Shown one piece after another: positions 56,973 through 64,000 of a DNA stretch of 64,000 bases. A program made the translations under genes and the position numbers. Each line of letters opens with the position of its first letter. Position 1 is the stretch's first letter. The notes under the pieces were generated by a model, which ran no database searches, had not been told where the DNA came from, and saw only the letters and a program-made list of their open reading frames with translations. Source of the DNA: Anaerolineales bacterium. Lineage in GTDB: Bacteria > Chloroflexota > Anaerolineae > Anaerolineales > E44-bin32. The stretch lies in the NCBI GenBank assembly GCA_034430895.1, contig DAOUDW010000034.1:90156-154155 (forward strand), written 5' to 3'.

Positions 56973-58115
56973 ATGAATATGGTTCCAGTCATTATTATGC
57001 TTTCCCCAGCCGGTCCTTCTGAGGCCGAAAGCTGGGTCGCGGAGGGTCGCCGGGCTTCTGCGTGTGACTTGATGCATCGATTATCTGGTGTGCCAAGTGC
57101 GGGAGATATTTTTGTGCTTGCAGCCGATTCGATCGATCGAGATGCGCTGGTCGAAGCTGGCGCGGTTCCTTTACCGACGTCTTCCGGACAGTTTCATTTC
57201 GGACAAACACTCGCAGGTATTGTCGATGAAAAGGGTTTTCGACAAACGGCCTATTTTGGTGGTGCCAGCGCACCTTTGATGACCGAAAGTATGCTGCAGG
57301 ATGTATTCGATCGCATTGAAAATTCTGACCGCCCAACGGCAGTCGTGAATAATTATCATTCGACGGATTGGATGGTGCTCAATCAGGCGGAAGTTCTACA
57401 CCAGTTGCAACACCGGTTGACCAACGATAATTCTCTGGGTTGGGTCCTCGACCATGATGCTGGTTTCGATGTCCAGGTTGTTCCGCCCAGCGCAGCAAGC
57501 CAAGTGGATATCGACACACCTGGCGATCTACTGATGTTGCATCGACATCCTTCATTGGGTAGTGAACTCAAGAAGTTCCTGGAAAGTGCACCAGCAACCT
57601 GTCTGGATGTGGTTGATCACATACTCGAGATCATGTGCACGCCCGCCAGCAGCCTGACACTGATCGGAAGAACCTCACCTCAACTGTGGAAAATGCTTAA
57701 CCAGCAGACACAGATTTGGATTCGCTCTTTCGCTGAAGAGCGCGGCATGATTGCGAGCGGGCGCTTCGATCGAGGAGAAGTCCGGTCGCTTATTGGCGAG
57801 ATGGTGGAGGATTGGGGACCTCAACGCTTCATTGAATATATTGCAAGTTTATCCAATGGCGTACTTTGGGATACACGAGTGTGGATGGCCCATCGTGGTA
57901 AATGGCCTTCGACAGCCGATCGATTTGCCGCTGATCTGGGCTGGGTGGATCAAATTAGAGATGAGCCGCTGAAAAAACTGGCTCATTCTGTTCACCAGTG
58001 TGATATTCCCATTCTCATGGGAGGGCATGGTGTAGTAGCAGGGGGTATATATGCGCTTTTGGAATCTCTCGAAACGGTCGGTTACCAGCCTTCCAGAAAT
58101 GAATGCCAATCTTGA
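56973..58115 (+). CDS. Hypothetical protein; the N-terminal half is possibly a MobA/CofC-like nucleotidyltransferase fold
   Basis: 380 aa. The only recognisable element is DIDTPGDL at about aa 180, which resembles the C-terminal signature of MobA/CofC-type NTP transferases. The C-terminal ~190 aa are unrecognised. Confidence 0.35.
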   Translation: MNMVPVIIMLSPAGPSEAESWVAEGRRASACDLMHRLSGVPSAGDIFVLAADSIDRDALVEAGAVPLPTSSGQFHFGQTLAGIVDEKGFRQTAYFGGASAPLMTESMLQDVFDRIENSDRPTAVVNNYHSTDWMVLNQAEVLHQLQHRLTNDNSLGWVLDHDAGFDVQVVPPSAASQVDIDTPGDLLMLHRHPSLGSELKKFLESAPATCLDVVDHILEIMCTPASSLTLIGRTSPQLWKMLNQQTQIWIRSFAEERGMIASGRFDRGEVRSLIGEMVEDWGPQRFIEYIASLSNGVLWDTRVWMAHRGKWPSTADRFAADLGWVDQIRDEPLKKLAHSVHQCDIPILMGGHGVVAGGIYALLESLETVGYQPSRNECQS

Positions 58116-58609
58116 TTTTCAGGCAGGTGAGTGCCGTAGAGATAGAGGGCACTTGCGAGAGGTTCTCTTGGCTCACGCAGTAGTTTCATGTGCGCAGTTT
58201 TTAGATTCCGTCCACCTTTTTTTAGATTGCATGCCTCACAAGCTGTAACCAGGTTGCTCCAGCTGTATTCGCCGCCCTGATGACGCGGAATTACATGGTC
58301 CAGGGTCAAACGATGCGCGCGCACACCGCAATACTGACACCTGTGATCATCGCGCCGAAAGACTTCACGTTTGGTCAGACGTACATGTGGACGAGGTCGT
58401 TTCACCATGTAATCCAGGCGGATTACCGAGGGGCGAGGGATTTCCTGCCGCACAGTTCGGATGAAGCCGCGCCCGTTTAACAGCATCTCCGCTTTTCTTG
58501 CCATGAGCAATCCAACGGCTCTGCGTGTCGTACATACATTCAATGGCGCGTAATTCGCGTTGAGCAGAAGCACCGGTTCGTTCATTAATTCAGGCCTCAT
58601 TAGGGGCAA
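58082..58609 (-). CDS. HNH endonuclease-family protein
   Basis: 175 aa. The HNH/zinc motif is DDHRCQYCG...LTLDHVIPRHQGGEYSWSNLVTACEACNLKKG. Confidence 0.85.
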   Translation of the reverse strand: MPLMRPELMNEPVLLLNANYAPLNVCTTRRAVGLLMARKAEMLLNGRGFIRTVRQEIPRPSVIRLDYMVKRPRPHVRLTKREVFRRDDHRCQYCGVRAHRLTLDHVIPRHQGGEYSWSNLVTACEACNLKKGGRNLKTAHMKLLREPREPLASALYLYGTHLPENQDWHSFLEGW

Positions 58610-58658
58610 ATTATACCATCCATGCGATAGGCTACAACCCAGGCTCTATGAGAAATTG

Positions 58659-58697
58659 AAAAACGCTGATCTCATGAAATTTGAGATCAGCGTTTTT
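58659..58697 (-). terminator. Rho-independent terminator after phnE (palindromic, potentially bidirectional)
   Basis: A perfect 16-bp stem (aaaaacgctgatctca / tgagatcagcgttttt) has a 7-nt loop. It begins about 19 bp past the phnE stop. Confidence 0.85.
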
Positions 58698-58715
58698 CTG
58701 AATCAAGCTAACGGA

Positions 58716-60230
58716 TCACACGAACCGTTGGCGGATCTCCGAGCTAATGAAGTCTAAAATCGCTACAGTGATTGCGATGAACCAAACCGCAAGACCTGCA
58801 GCTTTATAATCCAGTAGTCGGATCCACTGGAGTAGAAGGAAGCCAATCCCACCACCACCCACAAATCCGATGATTGTGGACATGCGGATGTTGATGTCCC
58901 AGCGGTAGATCGTGAAGGACACGAACGGGGGGACGATTTGAGGGATAACAGCGAATACTACAACCTGAAGCCAATTGGCACCGGTTGCCTGGATTGCCTC
59001 GATGGGACCGGGGTCGATCGATTCGATCGACTCCGAATAGAGTTTACCAAGCGCGGCAATCGAGTGGACGGTTAATGCCAGAACGCCGGCGAACGGACCT
59101 AAACCGACAATGATGACGAAAATGATCGCCCATATGAGCGGTTCGATCGATCGGATGATATTTAAAACGGTACGTGTGACGAAGTAAATAACCAATGTGA
59201 ATGCTGAGGCGGACATCAGATTGCGAGCGGCGAGGAAACTTACTGGCAGGGCAAGGATCACGCCTAAGAAGGTTGCCATCATACCGATGAAAATGGTTTC
59301 TGCGATCTTCTCGATGGATAATTTGAGTTCCGTGCTGAATTGCCATTTCCCGACGCTGGCGACCTGTCGAGCCTGAAATTCCCAGATCGAGACACTGTCG
59401 CGTATGCTTTCCGGATTAAGCCGATAGGGCATAACGATAAGCTGCTCGAATGAACCATTCTCATCTGGTGTAACCCGAATATACTCACCGCCTTGACGTT
59501 GTCGAAACTCATTTCCAATCGGATCCTTCCACCATAATTCGGCTACTGTATTCGGGATGAGGTTGTAGCCGTATATGACAAGCGTTGTGCCGGTTTCTCC
59601 CTGGAACTCAGCAAGTGTGCCGCATGTTGGGTCTGCAATCAGGTAAGGTTCATCTTCGAGAGGTTCGTTTGCAGCGGGTGGATTCTCAGTACATGGAATC
59701 TGAATTTCGGCAATTGTTGTGATGATGTCTTTGGGAAATTCGATACTCCTTTCCCACGGCCAAAGTATACTTCCAAGTACGGGTCCAGCATCATCTGCCT
59801 GAGTGATTAGATCAACAAAGTCGATCTCGCAGATTTGCCAACCGAGCATGAAGAAAACGATCAGTACCAGAAATAACAATCCTGCGGGATTGCTGCTCGA
59901 CCGTCTGGCAATTGCATAGGCATCGATCACATTCCATATATAGAAAATGATGATGAGGACACTCAGGAGAATAAGTGCCGGGTCCAGGCTCAAACCTTTC
60001 TTGATAATGTTTATGAAACCAGTGTCCCGCCTTGCAGTGTCCGTGAAACGCCATACAAGTAAAACGATGATCGTGGCAAAGCTAAAGAATAAAAGCAGAC
60101 CTCGGCGGAAGGTTCGAGCAAGTATTTGGCCCAATCCCGGGATGATCATTGACAGGATTGCGGCGAAGAACGGTGGCACAAGGCTGGGCTTAAGTTCTTC
60201 TGTAGGGGTTGGTGTGTGCCTGAGTGTCAT
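58716..60230 (-). CDS. phnE: Phosphonate/phosphite ABC transporter permease PhnE with a ~290-aa N-terminal extension
   Basis: The C-terminal ~210 aa are typical PhnE (IEAIQATGANWLQVVVFAVIPQIVPPF...RMSTIIGFVGGGGIG). The N-terminal part has 3-4 TM helices (IIPGLGQILARTFRRG) and a ~150-aa hydrophilic domain. Confidence 0.8.
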   Translation of the reverse strand: MTLRHTPTPTEELKPSLVPPFFAAILSMIIPGLGQILARTFRRGLLLFFSFATIIVLLVWRFTDTARRDTGFINIIKKGLSLDPALILLSVLIIIFYIWNVIDAYAIARRSSSNPAGLLFLVLIVFFMLGWQICEIDFVDLITQADDAGPVLGSILWPWERSIEFPKDIITTIAEIQIPCTENPPAANEPLEDEPYLIADPTCGTLAEFQGETGTTLVIYGYNLIPNTVAELWWKDPIGNEFRQRQGGEYIRVTPDENGSFEQLIVMPYRLNPESIRDSVSIWEFQARQVASVGKWQFSTELKLSIEKIAETIFIGMMATFLGVILALPVSFLAARNLMSASAFTLVIYFVTRTVLNIIRSIEPLIWAIIFVIIVGLGPFAGVLALTVHSIAALGKLYSESIESIDPGPIEAIQATGANWLQVVVFAVIPQIVPPFVSFTIYRWDINIRMSTIIGFVGGGGIGFLLLQWIRLLDYKAAGLAVWFIAITVAILDFISSEIRQRFV

Positions 60231-61033
60231 GCGTTGCCTCCTTCTGCAATGACCAGCTCGCCCTCTAATCCGCCACCAACTCTCACGGCTTCTTGACCGT
60301 ATATTTCCTTGAATTCTTCGTCGCTCATGGCGCGGATCTGCTTTTGTGTACCCCGGTAGACGATCTCTCCTTCGCGAAGACCGATGACGCTGGTTGCATA
60401 ACGCTGTACGAGGTCGAGATAATGCAAACTACATATAATGGTGATTCTATCTTCCTTGTTAAGAAGTTCTAGACGCTGGAGTATCGAGTGCGCTAAAACC
60501 GGATCGAGGCTGGCGACGGGCTCGTCGGCCAATATCATTTCTGGCTCTTGCATGAGCGCTCGCGCTACGCCCACGCGCTGTTGTTGCCCGCCACTTAATT
60601 CATCAGCTCTTTTGCTCGCTTGATCTTCGATGCCCAATCGAATGAGGGCTTGATGTGCTTTTTCGTAGTCTTCCTTAGAGAATCTGCCAAATAAGCTTTG
60701 CCTTGAAGACGTATACCCTAGACGACCAGCGAGTACGTTGGTCAAGACTGTCGAACGTTTTACTAAATTGAAGTGTTGAAAGACCATTCCGATCCTTCGT
60801 CTTGCCATTCGTAGTTCTTCGCCTTGTAATTCTGCAAGATTAATATCATGCCAGATGATCTCGCCTTCTGTGGGATCGATCAAGCGATTAATACACCTTA
60901 AAAGCGTTGACTTTCCAGAGCCGCTTAAACCGATAACTACCAGGAATTCATCATCTGGAACAGTAAAGCTAATATCCCGTAAGGCTACAGTTCCGTCGTT
61001 GTATATTTTGGTTAGGTTGCGTACTTCGAGCAT
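60227..61033 (-). CDS. phnC: Phosphonate ABC transporter ATP-binding protein
   Basis: 268 aa. Walker A is GLSGSGKSTLLRCINRL, the signature is LSGGQQQRV and Walker B is ILADEP. It overlaps phnE by 4 bp. Confidence 0.88.
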   Translation of the reverse strand: MLEVRNLTKIYNDGTVALRDISFTVPDDEFLVVIGLSGSGKSTLLRCINRLIDPTEGEIIWHDINLAELQGEELRMARRRIGMVFQHFNLVKRSTVLTNVLAGRLGYTSSRQSLFGRFSKEDYEKAHQALIRLGIEDQASKRADELSGGQQQRVGVARALMQEPEMILADEPVASLDPVLAHSILQRLELLNKEDRITIICSLHYLDLVQRYATSVIGLREGEIVYRGTQKQIRAMSDEEFKEIYGQEAVRVGGGLEGELVIAEGGNA

Positions 61034-61173
61034 AGGCCTCTCCTAGATTCTCTATTCATTATATTCTGCCGCGATACCAGGAAACCAGGTTAAGAGTACA
61101 CGCGGGAGTGGGAATATCATCATCCCACCCCCGCTGATATAACCGCGAATTTCAACGGCAAGAAGTGTGAATA

Positions 61174-62088
61174 TTATTCTGAGTAATCTGTAACATTGAC
61201 ACCCGCAGCATCGAGGAATTGACGGAATTGATCATAGAAGCTGTCATCGTGCCTTTCCAGTGCGTTCCACTGGTAGGCGACGTTCAAGGCTTCTTGTCCC
61301 GCTTCGGTTTCGGCGATCGCTAACAATGCATTCGTGATTTGCTCGCGAATATCAGGATCGAGGTTGGTCACGTACTGCACACCGTCGTTGGGAATGCCTT
61401 CAAAGGTTTCAATGACGACAACGACATCCATGATGTCATCATAGGTTCCTTCGACGGTTCCTTCGACACGGGTTCGAGCGTCAATATACGAAGCGCCGAT
61501 GTCACAATCGCCGTTGTAGACGCCTGCGACTGCCGCCTCGTGGGAGCCAGCATCCACCACTTGGGCGAGATCCGTATCTGGATCGATACCGGCAGCTTTC
61601 ATATAAATCGTGGGGATCACCCAACCACTCGTGCTGGTCGGGTCTGGTCGGCACCATGTCTTGCCGGCAGCATCTGCAACCGATGTAATGCCGCTGTCTG
61701 CACGCACGTATATTTGACCGCTGTAGGTGGCTGAGTCATAGCGGGTTGATACCAGATCGACATCCGCACAACCTTTGTCGCTGGCGATAATATAAGAGAA
61801 GGTCGCCAGAGATGCCATATGGGCTTTGGGTGGATCTGCGCACATGGCTTCGATAACGCCAGCGTATTCGGTTGCCACAAATGTTTCGATGACCAGGCCT
61901 GTCTCGTCATAAATCATATCGGCGACTTCTTCAAATCCGGTGAGAACACGCTCGGACTCACCAGATGGCACAAGACCCCACTTGAGGGGATTCTTTTCTG
62001 TACCAAGTTTCCCGGGTCCACAGCCAGCAAGTAAAATTACGGATAGCGCAAATAGTGTTAGGATCAATGTCGAGCGACTTTTACCCAT
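61174..62088 (-). CDS. phnD: Phosphonate/phosphite ABC transporter substrate-binding lipoprotein
   Basis: 304 aa. It has a lipobox (ILLAGC) and PhnD-family features (LKWGLVPSGE..., ATEYAGVIEAM, GYVIP-like WVIPT). Confidence 0.8.
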   Translation of the reverse strand: MGKSRSTLILTLFALSVILLAGCGPGKLGTEKNPLKWGLVPSGESERVLTGFEEVADMIYDETGLVIETFVATEYAGVIEAMCADPPKAHMASLATFSYIIASDKGCADVDLVSTRYDSATYSGQIYVRADSGITSVADAAGKTWCRPDPTSTSGWVIPTIYMKAAGIDPDTDLAQVVDAGSHEAAVAGVYNGDCDIGASYIDARTRVEGTVEGTYDDIMDVVVVIETFEGIPNDGVQYVTNLDPDIREQITNALLAIAETEAGQEALNVAYQWNALERHDDSFYDQFRQFLDAAGVNVTDYSE

Positions 62089-62295
62089 TGGATTCTATCC
62101 TCCTCAATATCGTGTTATTCGATTTCGTCTTGCGTAGTTCTGGAAAAAATGGAGAAAATACAAAGTTCAATACCTCGACACCACCTCCTCCTCGTATGAA
62201 CTTGTTATCCTATTTCATCTTAGCGCGAAATAAGGCCGATTGCAAGAAATTGGTAACTTGTGTCTTTCCGCAGTGAAAGATAAAATCTTCTTCCC

Positions 62296-63690
62296 ATGGA
62301 AAATCAGCGCTATCAGGAAGCATTGGATTTTATTTACAGCCACGTCGATTACAGCATCGAACGAAGTTATCGATATGCGGCAGAAGTATTTGACCTGGAT
62401 CGCGTACGGACTCTTTTAGAAGCCATCGGCAATCCGCAAAAAACATATGCCTCGATTCACATCGCTGGAACAAAAGGAAAGGGTTCGACAGCAGCGATGA
62501 TCGCTTCTGTGACACAAGCTGCTGGTTATCGTACGGGTTTGTATTCTTCTCCCCATTTGAACCGGTTTACCGAACGCATTTGTGTTGATGGCGTTGAAGT
62601 ATCGGAGTGTGAGGTCGCCGATCTCGTCGAGGAAATTAAACCGCACGTTGCGAAGATTAGTGCATTAACCGCCTATGAAATCATTACAACCCTCGGTTTT
62701 TTACATTTCCAAAAAAGTGGGGTTGAATGTGCCGTGATCGAAGTAGGCTTAGGGGGGCGTCTGGATGCCACGAATGTATTGCATCCCCTGGTGGCGTCGA
62801 TTACCTCTTTGTCCTACGATCATATGCACTTGTTGGGAAATAGCCTTTCCGATATCGCCAGAGAAAAGGCCGGGATCATAAAGCCAGAAGTGCCTATTGT
62901 CATGGCGCCGCAATTATCCGAGGCCGAACGCGTGGTCGAAATGGTGGCAGAGAAGCTCTCGGCGCCATTGGTGAAAGTCGGACGGGATTGGCTCTTTTCA
63001 CCGGGCAAGTACTCTCTTGAAGGACAGACCTTTTCGGTGTGGTCTTCACAAGAACAACCCTTGATGGATGCCTACGTCGAATCAGCAGGGGTCGAGGAAT
63101 GGGTTCCGCCGCGTTTCTTTATTCCTCTCCTGGGTCATCACCAAGTTGTAAACGCGGCTGTGGCTTATGCTACACTGCAATGTATGCGGGATCAGGGGAT
63201 GGAAATACCTGAGCAAGCGATGCGCGAAGGATTTGCCTCCGTTCGTTGGCGAGGGCGGCTGGAGATCATTTCGCGATCGCCGTTGGTATTGGTGGACTCG
63301 GCACACAACCGTGATTCGGCCTTGAAACTTCGTATCGCCCTGGATGATTACTTCCCAGGACAACGCGTAATTATGGTGTTTGGTGCTTCGTCCGACAAGG
63401 ATATCAGCGGCATGTTTACTGAGCTGCTGCCGCGTGTTTGGCGATTGATCCTGACACAAGCGGTTCATCCACGTGCGGCGGATCCGGAAGCTCTTGCGGA
63501 TTTGGCACATGCCGCGGGTGTTGGTGTGGATATTATCGTGCCTGTTGCTGACGCAATTTCCCATGCCATGAACTGGACCGGAAGTACTGAAGGTGTAATC
63601 CTGGTTACGGGAAGTATTTTCGTTGCCGGTGAGGCGATCGCCGCGGTTGAAAACCATAAGCCTGAAAATTTGGAAGAAGGTACCCAATGA
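62296..63690 (+). CDS. folC: Bifunctional folylpolyglutamate synthase / dihydrofolate synthase
   Basis: 464 aa. It has the Mur-ligase P-loop (HIAGTKGKGST), and VEVGLGGRLDATNV and DSAHN motifs. Confidence 0.9.
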   Translation: MENQRYQEALDFIYSHVDYSIERSYRYAAEVFDLDRVRTLLEAIGNPQKTYASIHIAGTKGKGSTAAMIASVTQAAGYRTGLYSSPHLNRFTERICVDGVEVSECEVADLVEEIKPHVAKISALTAYEIITTLGFLHFQKSGVECAVIEVGLGGRLDATNVLHPLVASITSLSYDHMHLLGNSLSDIAREKAGIIKPEVPIVMAPQLSEAERVVEMVAEKLSAPLVKVGRDWLFSPGKYSLEGQTFSVWSSQEQPLMDAYVESAGVEEWVPPRFFIPLLGHHQVVNAAVAYATLQCMRDQGMEIPEQAMREGFASVRWRGRLEIISRSPLVLVDSAHNRDSALKLRIALDDYFPGQRVIMVFGASSDKDISGMFTELLPRVWRLILTQAVHPRAADPEALADLAHAAGVGVDIIVPVADAISHAMNWTGSTEGVILVTGSIFVAGEAIAAVENHKPENLEEGTQ

Positions 63691-64000
63691 CAATTCGAGC
63701 ACTTGATTGGCCACATCTGCCAGGGGAGTGGAGCAGCGCGATTGGGCGTCGAGCAGATGCCCTGTATGATATCCATGAGGCATCGGTCGACGAGAGCGGG
63801 TTAATCGAATGTTCTGTGCTGCCGCTGCGTGACATCGTTTTATTTCCCAATATGGTCACCCCGCTGTTTGTCAGCCAGGATGATTCGTTGTTGGCCATCG
63901 ATGAAGTATCCCGTAACAACGAAACGATGATCGCGGTAACACAGATCGATCCGGACATCGAGAATCCTCGCTATGATGACTTGTACGCCGTTGGAGTTGA
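63687..64000 (+). CDS. lon: ATP-dependent Lon protease, N-terminal fragment (3'-truncated by the window end)
   Basis: Hand translation from ATG 63687 (ATGA overlap with the folC stop) gives MTIRALDWPH...LPLRDIVLFPNMVTPLFVSQDDSLLAIDEV...MIAVTQ. This is the classic LON N-terminal substrate-binding domain start. The frame is open to the window end, which is why it is missing from the ORF track. Confidence 0.8.
   Translation, partial: MTIRALDWPHLPGEWSSAIGRRADALYDIHEASVDESGLIECSVLPLRDIVLFPNMVTPLFVSQDDSLLAIDEVSRNNETMIAVTQIDPDIENPRYDDLYAVGV

Noticed and set aside
58082-58609. The HNH endonuclease, considered as a marker of a restriction/defence island or mobile intron
   Set aside because: There is no adjacent methyltransferase, helicase, toxin or integrase, and no repeats. 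Small stand-alone HNH proteins of this size are common conserved chromosomal genes.
1-64000. Search for mobile elements, prophage genes, toxin-antitoxin pairs, rRNA/tRNA and CRISPR-cas
   Set aside because: By eye, no ORF in the six-frame track shows transposase (DDE), integrase (tyrosine or serine recombinase), Cas or phage structural motifs. I noticed no long inverted or direct repeats. A computational repeat or HMM scan could still find what eye inspection missed.

Overview
This is a gene-dense 64-kb chromosomal segment with about 50 CDS. I found no rRNA, tRNA, CRISPR array, transposase or integrase. The gene content includes a secretin-less Flp/Tad pilus locus, SecDF, a K+-independent-type H+-pyrophosphatase, the primary sigma factor, an unusual density of polytopic GT-C-type glycosyltransferases and very large TPR proteins. 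That mix fits a monoderm, probably filamentous Chloroflexota (Anaerolineae-like) genome, but this is inference, not a search result. Layout: (1) 1-9.4 kb holds signalling and housekeeping genes: a 5'-truncated response regulator, secDF, a P-loop protein plus SpoIIE/PP2C phosphatase, a degenerate HATPase-REC-REC protein, an L,D-transpeptidase, thpR, a LOG-like protein and rsfS. (2) 9.4-13.5 kb encodes one 1368-aa TPR-capped, extremely acidic protein with about 20 P-x-W-L motifs and an (EP)27 tract. (3) 13.7-20.9 kb is a minus-strand Wzx-type polysaccharide operon that includes a sulfotransferase and an HDAC-family amidohydrolase. (4) 21-47 kb holds ten GT-C-like or O-antigen-ligase-like membrane proteins, a polyprenyl-phosphate sugar synthase (GT2), an FrhB-like Fe-S flavoprotein, a methyltransferase and a flippase-like protein, with hppA and rpoD embedded. 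(5) 47.2-55.5 kb holds a DegS/DegU-like two-component pair followed by flp-cpaB-cpaE(REC-fused)-cpaF-tadB-tadC; the 48-aa flp gene is below the ORF-track cutoff. (6) 55.6-64 kb holds comF, hpf, an unknown 380-aa protein, an HNH nuclease, phnDCE, folC and the start of lon. The best candidates for undescribed biology are the GT-C glycosylation supercluster with its embedded redox and methyltransferase pair, and the P-x-W-L repeat protein. All functional calls rest on motif recognition by eye. No HMM or BLAST search was run, and many start codons are uncertain.
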